Positions 20,292 to 31,089 are shown, numbered from the whole stretch's first letter. The stretch is DNA of 61,113 nt, filler included, from Candidatus Tectimicrobiota bacterium (GCA_016193065.1; 6 parts of 6 records of this genome joined end to end with filler, not necessarily neighbours in it), one strand, 5' to 3'. Notes: generated by a model from the sequence alone, not told the origin. Numbers and translations are program-made.

Positions 20292-21485
20292 TCAAGCATC
20301 GAGGAAGGCTTTCTCCGCGGTCTGCAGGCTTGCGCCCGGCTTTTCCAGACGCCCCTGGGCGCGCAGGATCTGTTCCAGTGCGGACAGCAGGGTGAGTACC
20401 GTGGCCAGAGTGGCGTTTTGCCCCATGAGGCCGATCCGCCACACCTTACCGCGCAAGGGGCCGAGCCCCGCGCCGATCTCGATGTTGTGATCCTCCAGCA
20501 GGCTTTGACGGGTTCTGGCCTCATCGAGACCGGAGGGGATTTTTACCGTTGTGAGACTCGGCAGCCGGTAGGGCGTGGGTACGTGAAGCTCAAACCCGAG
20601 GGCGGCGAGGCCGCTGTACAACGCCAGAGCGGCCCGGCGGTGGCGATCGAAGCGGGCTTCGAGTCCCTCTTCCAGGATCACGCGCAAGGCCTCCCGGAGG
20701 GCGTAGATGAGCAGCGTCGGCGGCGTGTGGTGGTAAACCCGCCCCCGGGACCAGTACTGCTCGATCAGCTTCAAATCCAGATACCAGACTCCGCAGGGGG
20801 ATTTCCGCGCCTTGATGGCCTCCAATGCACGATCGCTCAGGGTCAGGGGTGAGAGCCCCGGAGGGGCATTGAGGCATTTCTGGGTACCGCTGTAGCAGAG
20901 GTCAATGTGCCAGGAATCGACCTCCACGGCGGCTCCGCCGAGAGAGGTTACCGTATCGACGATAAAGAGGGCCTGATGTTCCCGGCACAACCGGCCGATT
21001 TCGGACAGGGGCTGCAATACTCCCGTCGAGGTTTCCCCATGGATCAGAGCCACCGCCTTGATGGGGCCGCGGGTCTTTAAAACCTCCTCGATCTGGGCAG
21101 GATCGATGGGAGAGCCCCACGCGGCTGCGATCTCGATCAATTCGCCCCCGTGGCGGCGGACAATCTCGGCCATTCTCTGCCCGAAGAGGCCGTTGACGCC
21201 AACGGCTACCCGGTCACCGGCCTCGACCATGTTGGCCAGGACTGCTTCCATACCGGCCGTCCCCGGGCCGGAGAGAGGGAAAGTCAGGCGATTCGCGGTG
21301 CGGAAGAGGGCCCGGAGAAGTTCCATGGTTTCGTCCAGGAGGGTGAGAAAGTAGGGGTCCAGGTATCCCAGGATGGGAGCGGACAGGGCCCGGACTACAC
21401 GGGGGTGAAGGTTGCTGGGCCCCGGCCCCAGCAATAACCGGACCGGCGGGCTGAATTCACCGAAGGACTTGGATTCTGTGGTCAT
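20292..21485 (-). CDS. Alanine-glyoxylate / serine-pyruvate aminotransferase (class V)
   Basis: 'LLGPGPS', 'HGETSTGV', 'DTVTSLGG', 'SGTQKCL..PPG', 'YHHTPP'. Confidence 0.92.
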   Translation of the reverse strand: MTTESKSFGEFSPPVRLLLGPGPSNLHPRVVRALSAPILGYLDPYFLTLLDETMELLRALFRTANRLTFPLSGPGTAGMEAVLANMVEAGDRVAVGVNGLFGQRMAEIVRRHGGELIEIAAAWGSPIDPAQIEEVLKTRGPIKAVALIHGETSTGVLQPLSEIGRLCREHQALFIVDTVTSLGGAAVEVDSWHIDLCYSGTQKCLNAPPGLSPLTLSDRALEAIKARKSPCGVWYLDLKLIEQYWSRGRVYHHTPPTLLIYALREALRVILEEGLEARFDRHRRAALALYSGLAALGFELHVPTPYRLPSLTTVKIPSGLDEARTRQSLLEDHNIEIGAGLGPLRGKVWRIGLMGQNATLATVLTLLSALEQILRAQGRLEKPGASLQTAEKAFLDA

Positions 21486-21572
21486 TTTCAGCTCGCCCTC
21501 CCTCCCACTTCCCTACACCTTTGCGGGGCATTAACGTCTAACCCAAACGCGCAAATACTTTTTCTTGATGCG

Positions 21573-21620
21573 CCCCTCACCCTTCCCCTCTCCCCTCAGG
21601 GAGAGGGATAGGGAGAGGGG
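21573..21620. repeat. REP-like polypyrimidine/polypurine palindrome
   Basis: CCCCTCACCCTTCCCCTCTCCC-CTCA-GGGAGAGGG..GGGAGAGGG; relatives at 32129, 49803 and 52033. Confidence 0.6.
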
Positions 21621-21708
21621 ATTCGAACGTATCAGGACTGAATGCGTTTGTATTGGTCCGGGTCCGGGCGCAGATGCAATGGTACAACAGAATCGGGAAA
21701 GGTGCGAT

Positions 21709-22995
21709 TTAGTTTTCCGTATAGATCACGAGCTTCTGTCCGAGCGAGAGATGCTTGCGGTTTCCCAGATTGTTCCACTCGCGGATCGAGTTTACGTAGA
21801 CCTTGTAACGGCTGGCGATGTCCCACAAGGTATCCCCCTTCTTGACCGTGTAATACACCTTGTTGCCGTCTCGGGCGATCTTCTCCTCGGTGACTTCCCG
21901 TTTATCCGGAGTCCAGGCCTTGAAGTTGGCGGCGAAGAAGGAAGTGCTCCCCTTGGGGATGTTGACCTTGTGGGTCCCCGGCGGGAGGGAGTCCTGGCTC
22001 AGCTCCGGGTTCAGTCTGCGGATCTCCCGGTAGTAGGAACCCGCGGCCTCGGCGATGACCCGGAGATGCAATTTCCGCTTTACGTTTACGGTCACCATGT
22101 CAAATTCCATGGGGGTGTAGAGCTCTTCCCGCGGCAGAGCGTAGCCGTAGCGGGCGGGATTGCTCAGGATCAGCTTGGCGGCAATGATTCGGAACACGTA
22201 GCGCTCGGTCTCGTTGGGCAGGGCGAGCTGGTAGTAATTGCTCACGTGCTGCTCTTCCATGGCCTTGCGGACTCTGGACTCCCCGGCGTTGTAGGAAGCC
22301 AAAGCCAGGGGCCAGTTGCGGAATTCCCGGTTCAGATCCGAGAGGTAGCTCACAGCCCCCTCTGTGGCTTTCTCCACATTGCGCCGTTCATCCTTCCAGT
22401 TGTTGCTCTCCATCTTGTAGCGCCGCCCCGTGGAGGTGATAAACTGCCAGACCCCCGAAGCTCCGGCCCAGGACTGGGCGCCGGTCTGTAGACCGCTCTC
22501 GGCCAGGGTCACGTACTTGAGGTCGTCGGGTAACCCCCGCTCCTTGAGCTTCTTTTCAATCATGGGGAAGTGGCGGCCGCTGCGCTTGAGCCAGAGGATG
22601 ATCTGGGGGGCATCTCCGACCATCAATAGGAATTCCCGCTCCAGGCGTTCCTTGACGTCCCATTTATCCAGGGGGACTGGCTGCCCGGCGAAGTCCACCT
22701 TGTCCGGCAACCGGTAGGTGCTTAGGATCGAGGAGCGGGGAGGAGTCTTGGTTCCATGCTCGAGGGCCTCCAGGTGCTTTTCAAGCTGTTGGTTTTCGCC
22801 CTGGAGGGTGCGGATTTGATCCTGGAGCTTGCGGATTTGCTCCAGGACGGGCTGTGCCTGGATCTGGGCCAGCGCAGCGCCGCCGGGACCGGGCATTTCC
22901 TGGGGGTTGGCAGCGACCGAAAAGACCAGGAGAGTGGATAGGGTTGTGACCGAGGCCCGGATTGAGCGGCTTGCAATACCTATTAAGAATCCCAT
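21709..22995 (-). CDS. Lytic transglycosylase (MltD-like) with LysM domain
   Basis: 'LAESG', 'ASGVWQF', 'ALASYNAG', 'LPNETERYV'; C-terminal 'YTVKKGDTLWDIA'. Confidence 0.9.
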   Translation of the reverse strand: MGFLIGIASRSIRASVTTLSTLLVFSVAANPQEMPGPGGAALAQIQAQPVLEQIRKLQDQIRTLQGENQQLEKHLEALEHGTKTPPRSSILSTYRLPDKVDFAGQPVPLDKWDVKERLEREFLLMVGDAPQIILWLKRSGRHFPMIEKKLKERGLPDDLKYVTLAESGLQTGAQSWAGASGVWQFITSTGRRYKMESNNWKDERRNVEKATEGAVSYLSDLNREFRNWPLALASYNAGESRVRKAMEEQHVSNYYQLALPNETERYVFRIIAAKLILSNPARYGYALPREELYTPMEFDMVTVNVKRKLHLRVIAEAAGSYYREIRRLNPELSQDSLPPGTHKVNIPKGSTSFFAANFKAWTPDKREVTEEKIARDGNKVYYTVKKGDTLWDIASRYKVYVNSIREWNNLGNRKHLSLGQKLVIYTEN

Positions 22996-23036
22996 TCGTA
23001 TCCCCCATGAGGCGATGAGGTTGCTCTTGTTGACTA

Positions 23037-24359
23037 TTACCTGATCGGCCGCTTCTGCAAAATCGTTGAGGAGATTCGCGGGTCCAGGGGCTCATTGCCG
23101 CGCAGTTTTTCGGCCTCCGCCACTTTCCGGATGGCCAGCATGTAGGCGGCCGTCCGCAGGGGAACTCGCTCTTTTCTCGCTACCTCCCGGACCTGAACGT
23201 AGGCCCTGACCATGATCTTTTCCAGCTCGCTGTTTACCTGGTTCTCCTCCCACTGGAACTGTTGCAGGTTTTGCACCCACTCGAAGTAGGAAACCGTGAC
23301 CCCCCCCGCATTGGTCAGGATGTCGGGAAGCACGTGGATCCCCCGGTCGTTGAGAATTTCGTCGGCGGAGGTCGTGGTGGGGCTGTTGGCCGCCTCCGCT
23401 ACGATCCGGGCCTTGATCCGGTCTGCGTTGAGCTTCGTGATGACCCCACCCAGGGCCGCGGGGACCAGGATATCGCACTTAAGCTCAAGGAGATCCTCGT
23501 TGCTGATTGCGTCCGCTTCCCGGTAGCCACCCACGCTGCCCTGCCGTTTGGCATGCTCGAGGACTTTGGACACATTGAGACCCTTAGCGGAGTAGATTCC
23601 TCCCTGGACGTCGCTGATGGCGAGGACCTTGGAGCCTGCTTCAGCGGCCAGCAGAGCCGTGTTTGAACCCACGTTTCCAAAGCCCTGGATGGCCATGGTG
23701 GCTCCCTTCAGGTCCAGCTTGAAATCGCGGGCCGCTTCCCGGATCACGAAGACGACCCCCCGCCCGGTGGCCTGCTCTCTCCCCTTTGACCCCCCCAGGT
23801 GCAGAGGTTTTCCCGTGACGATGCTTGGCGTATGGCCGTAGTGCGCTCCGTATTCATCCATGATCCAGGCCATGACCTGGGCGTTCGTGTTTAAATCCGG
23901 GGCGGGAATATCGCGGTACGGCCCCAGGACGATGCTGATGCGGGAAATGAACTTGCGGGTCAGACGCTCGAGTTCCAGGCTCGACATCTGGGTGGGGTCG
24001 CAGGTGACTCCCCCTTTGGCTCCGCCAAAGGGGATATCCACCAGGGCGGTCTTCCAGGTCATGAGGGAAGCCAGCGCCTTCACCTCGTCAAGGTCCACGT
24101 CCGGGTGGTAGCGGATTCCTCCTTTCTGAGGGCCACGGGCGCCATTGTGCTGCACCCGGTACCCCAGGAAGACCACCAGCCGGCCATCGTCCAGGCGCAC
24201 GGGAATCTGAACAGTCACCTCGCGAAACGGGGTTTTCAGGAGAACCCGCATGGATTCGTCGAGGTTCATTTTGTCTGCGGCAATGTCGAATTGATAGTTC
24301 GTGTTTTTAAATGAGCTGACCTTCCCGTGGGGCTTTTGACGGTTAGAGACTTTTACCAT
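23037..24359 (-). CDS. gdhA: Glu/Leu/Phe/Val dehydrogenase (glutamate dehydrogenase)
   Basis: 'KGGIRYHP', 'GGAKGG', 'ATGRGV', 'QGFGNVG', 'NAGGVTVSYFEWVQN'. Confidence 0.92.
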   Translation of the reverse strand: MVKVSNRQKPHGKVSSFKNTNYQFDIAADKMNLDESMRVLLKTPFREVTVQIPVRLDDGRLVVFLGYRVQHNGARGPQKGGIRYHPDVDLDEVKALASLMTWKTALVDIPFGGAKGGVTCDPTQMSSLELERLTRKFISRISIVLGPYRDIPAPDLNTNAQVMAWIMDEYGAHYGHTPSIVTGKPLHLGGSKGREQATGRGVVFVIREAARDFKLDLKGATMAIQGFGNVGSNTALLAAEAGSKVLAISDVQGGIYSAKGLNVSKVLEHAKRQGSVGGYREADAISNEDLLELKCDILVPAALGGVITKLNADRIKARIVAEAANSPTTTSADEILNDRGIHVLPDILTNAGGVTVSYFEWVQNLQQFQWEENQVNSELEKIMVRAYVQVREVARKERVPLRTAAYMLAIRKVAEAEKLRGNEPLDPRISSTILQKRPIR

Positions 24360-24444
24360 TGCTGGGCCTTTCGGCGGTGCGGGGAGGAAGGGAACCGGGA
24401 CCGGGATTTCTCCCTCGACTGTGGCTGGAGATGGCAGCAAACCT

Positions 24445-24666
24445 TTAGTGGCAGTTCGCACACCCTCCCGGGTTGCCGCAATGGCTGCAACCCTTCCCGG
24501 CAACGGAACTGTTGAACTTCCCTCCGCTCTGGAAGGCAAAGACGGAAAGCTTGCGTTCCAGGTCGTGGCCGCCGCAGCGTGGGCAGGAAACGGTGGCTCG
24601 GGAATTCATGACCAGGGTTTCAAAGTCATTCTCGCAGGCCGGGCAATGGAATTCGTAGATCGGCAC
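24445..24666 (-). CDS. FmdB family zinc-ribbon protein
   Basis: 'PIYEFHCPAC..FE', 'CPRCG', C-terminal C..C....C..C. Confidence 0.85.
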   Translation of the reverse strand: MPIYEFHCPACENDFETLVMNSRATVSCPRCGGHDLERKLSVFAFQSGGKFNSSVAGKGCSHCGNPGGCANCH

Positions 24667-24679
24667 GGCTTTGGATCCC

Positions 24680-25375
24680 CTATCGATTGGCACCCGCAGG
24701 GCGGGTACCCGGCACGGCGGTCTCTTTCAGGTTTTTGGAAAGCTTTTCCCAATCCGCCAGGAAGCGCTGCAGTCCCACGTCGGTGAGGGGGTGCTTCCAG
24801 AGCTGGGTCATCACGCTGTAGGGCATAGTGGCGATGTGGGCCCCCATCAGAGCGGCATCGAGAACGTGCACCGGGTTTCGGATCGAGGCCACGATGACTT
24901 CGGTTTCGATTCCGTAGTTGTCAAAGATCGTCAGGATTTCCTCGACCAGATCCATCCCTCTGTGGCTCACGTCATCCAGACGACCGACGAAAGGGCTCAC
25001 GTATGCGGCCCCCGCCTTGGCAGCCAGAAGGGCCTGGGTGGCGGAAAAGATCAGGGTGACGTTTACGGCAATCCCCTCTTGTTTTAAAAGGCGGGTGGCC
25101 TTGAGACCGTCCGGAGTCATGGGGACTTTGACCACGATGTTGGGGGCCACGGAGGCGAGCTCCCTGCCTTCCCGGACCATCTCTTCGGCCCGGGTGGCGA
25201 CGACCTCCGCATTGACCGGACCCTCGACGATGGAGCAAATCTCCCCGAGAACTTCGCGAAAATCCCGCCCCTCCTTGGAAACCAGGGTGGGGTTGGTTGT
25301 GACCCCATCCACCATCCCCAGGCTGTGGCCTTCCCGGATTTCGGTAATCGCCGCTGTATCTAGAAAAAACTTCAT
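24680..25375 (-). CDS. fsa: Transaldolase / fructose-6-phosphate aldolase (TalC/MipB)
   Basis: 'MKFFLDTA', 'GVTTNPTL', 'NIVVKVP', '[11 protein letters not shown]', 'HPLTD.G'. Confidence 0.92.
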   Translation of the reverse strand: MKFFLDTAAITEIREGHSLGMVDGVTTNPTLVSKEGRDFREVLGEICSIVEGPVNAEVVATRAEEMVREGRELASVAPNIVVKVPMTPDGLKATRLLKQEGIAVNVTLIFSATQALLAAKAGAAYVSPFVGRLDDVSHRGMDLVEEILTIFDNYGIETEVIVASIRNPVHVLDAALMGAHIATMPYSVMTQLWKHPLTDVGLQRFLADWEKLSKNLKETAVPGTRPAGANR

Positions 25376-25403
25376 TTGTTTATCCTCCCCGGAGCCTTCC
25401 AAC

Positions 25404-25682
25404 TCAATCCTTCTGGTTTTTCCCCTGGCGCTTGTAAGTCCGGACACATTCCTCGCTGCAAAAGTAGTGCTGGTCTCCTCGAATCCGCCTGCGAAGTGCA
25501 GTCCCCTTGGGGATATACACTTGACAGGCGGGATCAAGGACCAACTCGTCGGCCTGCGGGCCCTGCACCGCGGCTATCCTCTTCTTCCAACTGAACCAGA
25601 AACGAAGAATCCGATATAAGAGCCAAATCCCATAATAAGCCAGGATGGCCAGGAAAAAGAATAAAAAGAAGCGCAATACCAA
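25404..25682 (-). CDS. Small membrane protein with YHS/TRASH domain
   Basis: N-terminal TM helix; 'DPACQVYIP', 'HYFCSEEC'. Confidence 0.8.
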   Translation of the reverse strand: MVLRFFLFFFLAILAYYGIWLLYRILRFWFSWKKRIAAVQGPQADELVLDPACQVYIPKGTALRRRIRGDQHYFCSEECVRTYKRQGKNQKD

Positions 25683-25704
25683 CTCCTAAGCGTCTGGAAA
25701 GTGG

Positions 25705-25776
25705 AGTATAACAGCGGGGGCGCCATTGTCAAGCCGCCGTTTTCCCGTTGACAGGCCGGCGGGTTCACGCTAGTAG
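25705..25776. promoter_or_regulatory. Back-to-back sigma70-type promoters
   Basis: Minus strand TTGACA-N16-TATACT with TG extension (25732-25705); plus strand TTGACA at 25748 with a weak -10 17 nt downstream. Confidence 0.5.
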
Positions 25777-25826
25777 TGATTCACTACCGGACCAGAAAAA
25801 AACCTCTTTCCACCCGGAGGTTCCCG

Positions 25827-26468
25827 ATGATTGTGCGGACCTTTGAAGTCGGCTCGGATCAAAACAACACCTATCTTTTGGCCTGCGAGAAGACTCGAAT
25901 TGGGGCCATTGTGGATCCGTATCTGGAAGTTCCCGGCATCCTCCAGGCGGCCCGGGATGAAAAGATACGGATTGAGTACGTCCTCCTCACTCACACCCAC
26001 CGCGATCATTGCCTGGGCGTCCCCGAGGTCGTGATGGCCACGGGAGCGACGGTTTACGTCCACGAAAAGGAGGCCGAAAGGGTCCCGGGGGAGGGGAAAC
26101 TCCTGACCCTGAAGCAAGGCAGCCGCGTGCAGGTTGGCGAGATCATCCTGGAGGTATTTCACACGCCGGGACATACGCCGGGCGGGGTCACGTATTACCA
26201 GCCGGACTCCGCAGGGGCCATCACCGGGGATGTCCTCTTTGTGGGCTATTGCGGCCGGGCCGACCTGCCCGGCAGTGACCCGAGAGCCCTGTGGCGAAGC
26301 CTGCAAGCCCTTGCAAAGCTTCCCGATCACACGGTCATTTACCCCGGCCATAATTACGGCAAGACCCCCGGTTCCACCGTGGGCTACGAAAAATCCTTCA
26401 ACCCGTACTACCAGTGCCGTACGGAGGAGGAGTTCGTTCAACTGCGCCTCTACGGCAAGGTCGAGTAA
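25827..26468 (+). CDS. MBL-fold metallo-hydrolase (glyoxalase II-like)
   Basis: 'THTHRDH', 'HTPGHT', 'TGDVLF...GR.DLP', 'YPGHNY'. Confidence 0.9.
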   Translation: MIVRTFEVGSDQNNTYLLACEKTRIGAIVDPYLEVPGILQAARDEKIRIEYVLLTHTHRDHCLGVPEVVMATGATVYVHEKEAERVPGEGKLLTLKQGSRVQVGEIILEVFHTPGHTPGGVTYYQPDSAGAITGDVLFVGYCGRADLPGSDPRALWRSLQALAKLPDHTVIYPGHNYGKTPGSTVGYEKSFNPYYQCRTEEEFVQLRLYGKVE

Positions 26469-26564
26469 GTCTCTTTTCCCCTCTGAGTCCATTTTTTTCC
26501 TGGTATGAAAATTGCTTAATGTGCCGATACGTCTCCTGTGCGGTGCTCTACCAGGGAGGTGGAA

Positions 26565-27557
26565 ATGGTCGAAGCGTCTATAGCCGGTATTCTCAGCGAG
26601 CGGGAAAAAGTTGACAGCATTGTTCGTGAAGTCAAGAAGATCATTCTTGGGCAAGATGAACTCATCGGCAAAATTCTCATAGCGCTTTTTGCCGGGGGGC
26701 ACGTGCTTCTGGAGGGAGTTCCCGGGCTGGCCAAAACCCTGCTGGTTTCCGCCATAGGCAAGACCATTGGCGGCACCTTCCGGCGCATCCAGATGGTGCC
26801 GGACATGATGCCCAGCGACATCGTGGGAACGTACATCTATGCCAGCGGGCGCTTTGAGGCGGAGAGGGGTCCCGTCATCGGGGCCCACGTCGTTCTGGTG
26901 GACGAGGTCAACCGGGCCCCCGCCAAGACCCAGGCGGCTCTCCTGCAGGCCATGCAGGAGCGCCAGGTCACGATCATGGGAAAGGAGACCTTCGAGCTTC
27001 AGGACCCCTTCATGGTCCTGGCCACCCAAAATCCCATCGAGCAGGAGGGGACCTATCCTCTCCCCGAGGCCCAGTTGGACCGCTTCCTCTTTAAGCTGCT
27101 CGTGGATTACCCGAGCCGGGAGGAAGAGATTCAGATCCTGGAAAATACCCACCTCGACCGGCGCAACCAGATCGAGGCGGTAGAGAATGTCATTACCCCC
27201 GAAGACATTGTGGCGCTGCGGGAAGAGATCCGCCGAATTGTACAGGTCGGCCGGCCGGCCCACGCTTACATGGTGGACCTGTGCCGGGCCACCCGGCACC
27301 CCGCGGATTACGGGCTCGGCGAATTGGGGGAGAAGATCCGCATTGGGGCCTCACCTCGGGGGATTCTGGCCCTGCGGGATGCCGCCAGGGTTTACGCCTT
27401 CATAAAGGGGAGGCGCCATGTCTACCCGGAAGACATCCAGGCCATTGCCAAGGAGGTCCTGCGCCACCGGATACTCCTGGAGTACACCGCCGAAATGGAG
27501 GGGATCAGAGCGGACGATGTGATTCAGATGATCCTCAGTGGAGTCAGCGTACCGTGA
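26565..27557 (+). CDS. moxR: MoxR family AAA+ ATPase
   Basis: 'HVLLEGVPGLAKT', 'DEVNRAPAKTQAALL', 'ATQNPIEQEGTYPLPEAQLDRF'. Confidence 0.94.
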   Translation: MVEASIAGILSEREKVDSIVREVKKIILGQDELIGKILIALFAGGHVLLEGVPGLAKTLLVSAIGKTIGGTFRRIQMVPDMMPSDIVGTYIYASGRFEAERGPVIGAHVVLVDEVNRAPAKTQAALLQAMQERQVTIMGKETFELQDPFMVLATQNPIEQEGTYPLPEAQLDRFLFKLLVDYPSREEEIQILENTHLDRRNQIEAVENVITPEDIVALREEIRRIVQVGRPAHAYMVDLCRATRHPADYGLGELGEKIRIGASPRGILALRDAARVYAFIKGRRHVYPEDIQAIAKEVLRHRILLEYTAEMEGIRADDVIQMILSGVSVP

Positions 27558-28432
27558 AAGAGATCTTGCAGCGGCTCAAGCAGGTCAACTACTTCATCAA
27601 CTGGTACTCGCTTTCGCTGCGGCCCGGGAAGTGGTTCAGCGTGTACCGGGGAGCCGGGATGGAGTTCGAGAAGATCAGCCGCTACGATTTCGGCGAGGAT
27701 CCGCGCTGGATCAACTGGAAGGCAACGGCCCGCTTCGGCGGCATGAGGACCTACAAGAACACGTATTTCGAGGAGCGCGAGCTCAGGCTCATGCTGCTGG
27801 TGGATTTGAGCGGCTCCATGGACTTCGGCAGCGGCCGGGCCAGCAAAAGGCGCCTGTCCGCCGAAGTCGCGGCCGTTCTGACCCATTCCGCTCTGCGCTT
27901 TGGGGATTCGATCGGCTGCATCGGCTACAGCTCCGGCATCGATGTGTACTGGCCTCCCGGCAAAAAGAGGGAATACATTTACCAAATTCCGAACAGCTTA
28001 CTCGCCGCCCGGTCTGCCACCCGCAGCGGTAGTGGCCTGTCCCTGGCAGTGGAGAGGCTGCCCAGGAAACGGGCCCTCGTCTTCATACTGTCGGATTTTT
28101 TCGATGATCCGCCTGTGCTCGGCAGAGCCCTGGAAGCGGCCCGCCGCCGCCACGATGTGGTCCCCATCATGCTCCGGGACCGCAGGGAGAGCGAGCTTCC
28201 CGCCCTGCGGGGGAGTTTTCGCCTGCGGGATCTGGAAGACGGCGGGGTGCAGCGGGTCTGGATTGGAGAGAAGAAAGCCCGGGCGTTTGCAGAATACGTG
28301 GAGGGGCAGGACAGGGAAGTGCAGGCTCTTTTTTCGCGGTACCGGTTGGACGGGCTGCGGCTGTGTCCCGATGAGGATTATATCCCGCCGCTGGCCCGCC
28401 TGTTCCTGAGCCGCCGCCGGAGGCGGGCATGA
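27554..28432 (+). CDS. DUF58 (MxaS-like) protein
   Basis: 'GMEF...Y..GED.R.INWKATAR', 'DLSGSM.FG', 'ILSDF'. Confidence 0.88.
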   Translation: MKEILQRLKQVNYFINWYSLSLRPGKWFSVYRGAGMEFEKISRYDFGEDPRWINWKATARFGGMRTYKNTYFEERELRLMLLVDLSGSMDFGSGRASKRRLSAEVAAVLTHSALRFGDSIGCIGYSSGIDVYWPPGKKREYIYQIPNSLLAARSATRSGSGLSLAVERLPRKRALVFILSDFFDDPPVLGRALEAARRRHDVVPIMLRDRRESELPALRGSFRLRDLEDGGVQRVWIGEKKARAFAEYVEGQDREVQALFSRYRLDGLRLCPDEDYIPPLARLFLSRRRRRA

Positions 28433-29571
28433 AATCAGCCCTGCGAGTTGCGGTCGAGATCTCCATCCTGGTCTTGCTTGCAAACACGGTTGTGACTTTC
28501 CCGGCGCAGCCGGCGGAAATCCCCCAGCCTCCTGCCGCGGGTGCACCCTCGGGAGAAGGGCCTGGAGACAGGGAACCTCCTCCGGGCGCTCCGGCCAAGG
28601 CCCCGGAGGCTCAGAGCGAATCCCCCGAAGAGAGGAGCGGCCCGTTCCCCATCCGGGTCCGCTACGAGGTGGAGCGGGACTTCGGATACCACATCGGAGA
28701 TGAAGTCCCCGTGGTTGTGGTCCTGACCATCGAACCGGGAACCATCGTGGATCTGGTGAAGCTGCCTGGAGTCGGTGACTTCCACGGCCCCTTTCAGGTG
28801 CGCCAGCTCAAGATCGAACCCGGCCAGGAAGGAAGGTTGAAGACCTACCGGATCCGGTACGTGGTCCAGTTATTCCGTCCTTCTCTGGCCGTCGATGAGG
28901 TGAAGTTTCCTCCCCTGGAAATCCTCTTTGCGCGCTCCCAGTCCCACCTTCCTCCGGGGGGATACCGTTACCGCAGTCTTCTCACCCCTCCCCAGGCTCT
29001 GCAGTTCTCCAGGACCGCTTCCTACTCGAGCACAATGCGCGGGATCAAGGGACCTCTGGAGGATCCCCGCCCGTTCATGACCTGGGGAGCTTTCGGACTG
29101 GGCCTGTTCTTGCTGGCCTTTGCCGGCGGGAACTTGGGGCTTGATGTTTACCGGCGCTGCCGGGACCGGAATCTGAACAAGGAACTTGCCCCGGTGGAGA
29201 GGGCCCTGGCCTCTTTCCGCGAGGCCCAGCACAAGTACCTGATCGAGGACGATAACGTCTCCCTCCTGTTCGCGGAGGTGAGCAGGGTCTTCCGTTCTTT
29301 CCTGTCGGAAGTGTATCCGGTCCACGCTCTGAACCAGACTCCGGAACAGATCCGCGCGTCCTTCTCAGACAATCCCCGGCAGGTGGAAATTTTCGACGTC
29401 CTCAAATGCTGCAACCAGATTCTCTACGAGGGCCACGAGCCTTCCGCCTTCGAGCGCGAGCAGATCATGAGCCGCCTGGGCACCCTGGTCGTCGATCTGA
29501 GCTGCGAGAACGGGGCCTCCGGCCGCAACGGGAAAACCAACCACGGGGACGGACACGATGCGCCTGGCTAG
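28429..29571 (+). CDS. MxaA/BatD-like membrane-anchored accessory protein
   Basis: Signal peptide, 'RDFGYHIGD', single TM helix, position in the MoxR-VWA operon. Confidence 0.6.
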   Translation: MKSALRVAVEISILVLLANTVVTFPAQPAEIPQPPAAGAPSGEGPGDREPPPGAPAKAPEAQSESPEERSGPFPIRVRYEVERDFGYHIGDEVPVVVVLTIEPGTIVDLVKLPGVGDFHGPFQVRQLKIEPGQEGRLKTYRIRYVVQLFRPSLAVDEVKFPPLEILFARSQSHLPPGGYRYRSLLTPPQALQFSRTASYSSTMRGIKGPLEDPRPFMTWGAFGLGLFLLAFAGGNLGLDVYRRCRDRNLNKELAPVERALASFREAQHKYLIEDDNVSLLFAEVSRVFRSFLSEVYPVHALNQTPEQIRASFSDNPRQVEIFDVLKCCNQILYEGHEPSAFEREQIMSRLGTLVVDLSCENGASGRNGKTNHGDGHDAPG

Positions 29572-30460
29572 TTTTTACCTTCTCGCAGTGGGTTTCCTGT
29601 TTTTCCTGTGGCGTTTTCCCAGGGCGCGGCAGGCCGTGGGATTTTCCCGTCTGGCGCTGTGGCGGGCAGTCTCCGGGTCCACCCCGTGGGCCCGGCTACC
29701 GGGTTTGCTGTTGGGTGCGGGCCTCTTGCTCTTTCTCCTGGCCCTGGCCCGCCCGCAATGGGGCCAGGTCGTCGAATCCGAGCGGCTCATGGCGCGGGAT
29801 ATCATTCTCGTTTTGGACCTCTCCTACAGTATGGATTTTCCCCTCTTGGGGGCAAAGGACGTGAAGAAGCTCGATCTGGCGAAACAGGCCGCCCTCGAAT
29901 TTCTCTCCCGCCGGAAGAAAGACCGGGTGGCCCTCATGGTCTTTGGCGATGAAGCGTACGGGGTGTGGCCGCTGACCACGGATATGGAAATCCTGAGCCG
30001 GGCCGTTTCCCGCCTGGGGGACCGGTATTACGGAGGCACAAACCTCGTCAAACCATTGCGGGAAGCGCTCGGACACTTCCAGGAGATGGGCAGGTCGCGG
30101 GAGAAAGTGCTGATCCTCCTCTCTGACGGCGATGCCCCCATTGCGGAAGGAGACCGGGTTTGGATCAGCCAGCGCATGAGAGAGCAGGGGATTCATTTCT
30201 ACCTTCTCGGAGTCCAGCTCAGCAATGCGGGGGACATCTTGAGCGTGGTTAATTCGGTGCAGGGCCGCTACCTGGACATTCAAAAGCCCGAGGAATTTTC
30301 CCGGGCCTTTGCCGAGATTGCGCGCCTGGAGCCTTCCCGGATCGCCGTGGCCCGCCGCCTCAAATACCGGGAAATTTACCCCACGGCGGTGCTGGCGGGG
30401 CTGGGCTTCTTCTCCGTTTTCCTGGTTTTGGAGAACACCGTTCTCTTGAGGGTGCCATGA
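29558..30460 (+). CDS. VWA domain protein (MxaC/BatA-like)
   Basis: 'LALARP', MIDAS 'DLSYSM', 'GGT', 'LLSDG'. Confidence 0.88.
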   Translation: MRLASFYLLAVGFLFFLWRFPRARQAVGFSRLALWRAVSGSTPWARLPGLLLGAGLLLFLLALARPQWGQVVESERLMARDIILVLDLSYSMDFPLLGAKDVKKLDLAKQAALEFLSRRKKDRVALMVFGDEAYGVWPLTTDMEILSRAVSRLGDRYYGGTNLVKPLREALGHFQEMGRSREKVLILLSDGDAPIAEGDRVWISQRMREQGIHFYLLGVQLSNAGDILSVVNSVQGRYLDIQKPEEFSRAFAEIARLEPSRIAVARRLKYREIYPTAVLAGLGFFSVFLVLENTVLLRVP

Positions 30461-31047
30461 TAACCGTTTCCTCTTTCTTTAATAAACGCTCCTGGCGCTG
30501 GGTGTGGCGGCTGGCCCTGATGCTGGTTGGAGCGGCGCTGATGGCCGGAGCTCTCTACCAGAAGTGGGGGTACAGTGATCTTCTCAGGGCCGGCAATGAG
30601 GCGGTGGGCTGGCGCCAATTCGACAGCCTCGCCTACGAGAAGGCCTCCGGTTACTTTTTGGCCGACCCCGACGTTGTGGCCTACAACATCGGGGTGAGGG
30701 CCTATGAGGCCAAGAGCTACAAGAAAGCCGCCGAATCTTTCCGCGATGTGGTCAATTCGACCAGTTCCCCCGAACTGAAACGGAGGTCTTATTATAACCT
30801 GGGAAACCTCTTGACCTTGATGAGTCAACCCCGGGAAGCGGTGGCCATGTATGAGGAGGCGCTGCGCCTGAACCCCGGAGATTGGGACGCAAAACACAAT
30901 CTGGAAAGGCTCTTCGTCTTCCACGCCGCCGAACTCGGCGAGGAAAAAAATTCTGTCCCCTTAAAGCAGGCCCCCGGCAGCCGCCAGCCCGGCAACGGCA
31001 ATCCGGGACAAGGGAGCGGGACCGGTACCCCCGATCCCGGGATCTAG
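30457..31047 (+). CDS. TPR protein (MxaK/BatC-like)
   Basis: 'YYNLGN', 'YEEALRLNPGDWDAKHNLE'. Confidence 0.85.
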   Translation: MITVSSFFNKRSWRWVWRLALMLVGAALMAGALYQKWGYSDLLRAGNEAVGWRQFDSLAYEKASGYFLADPDVVAYNIGVRAYEAKSYKKAAESFRDVVNSTSSPELKRRSYYNLGNLLTLMSQPREAVAMYEEALRLNPGDWDAKHNLERLFVFHAAELGEEKNSVPLKQAPGSRQPGNGNPGQGSGTGTPDPGI

Positions 31048-31089
31048 TTTCGTGTCTCCTCCCTCACGCCGGCCATTGGGGAGGTCAGG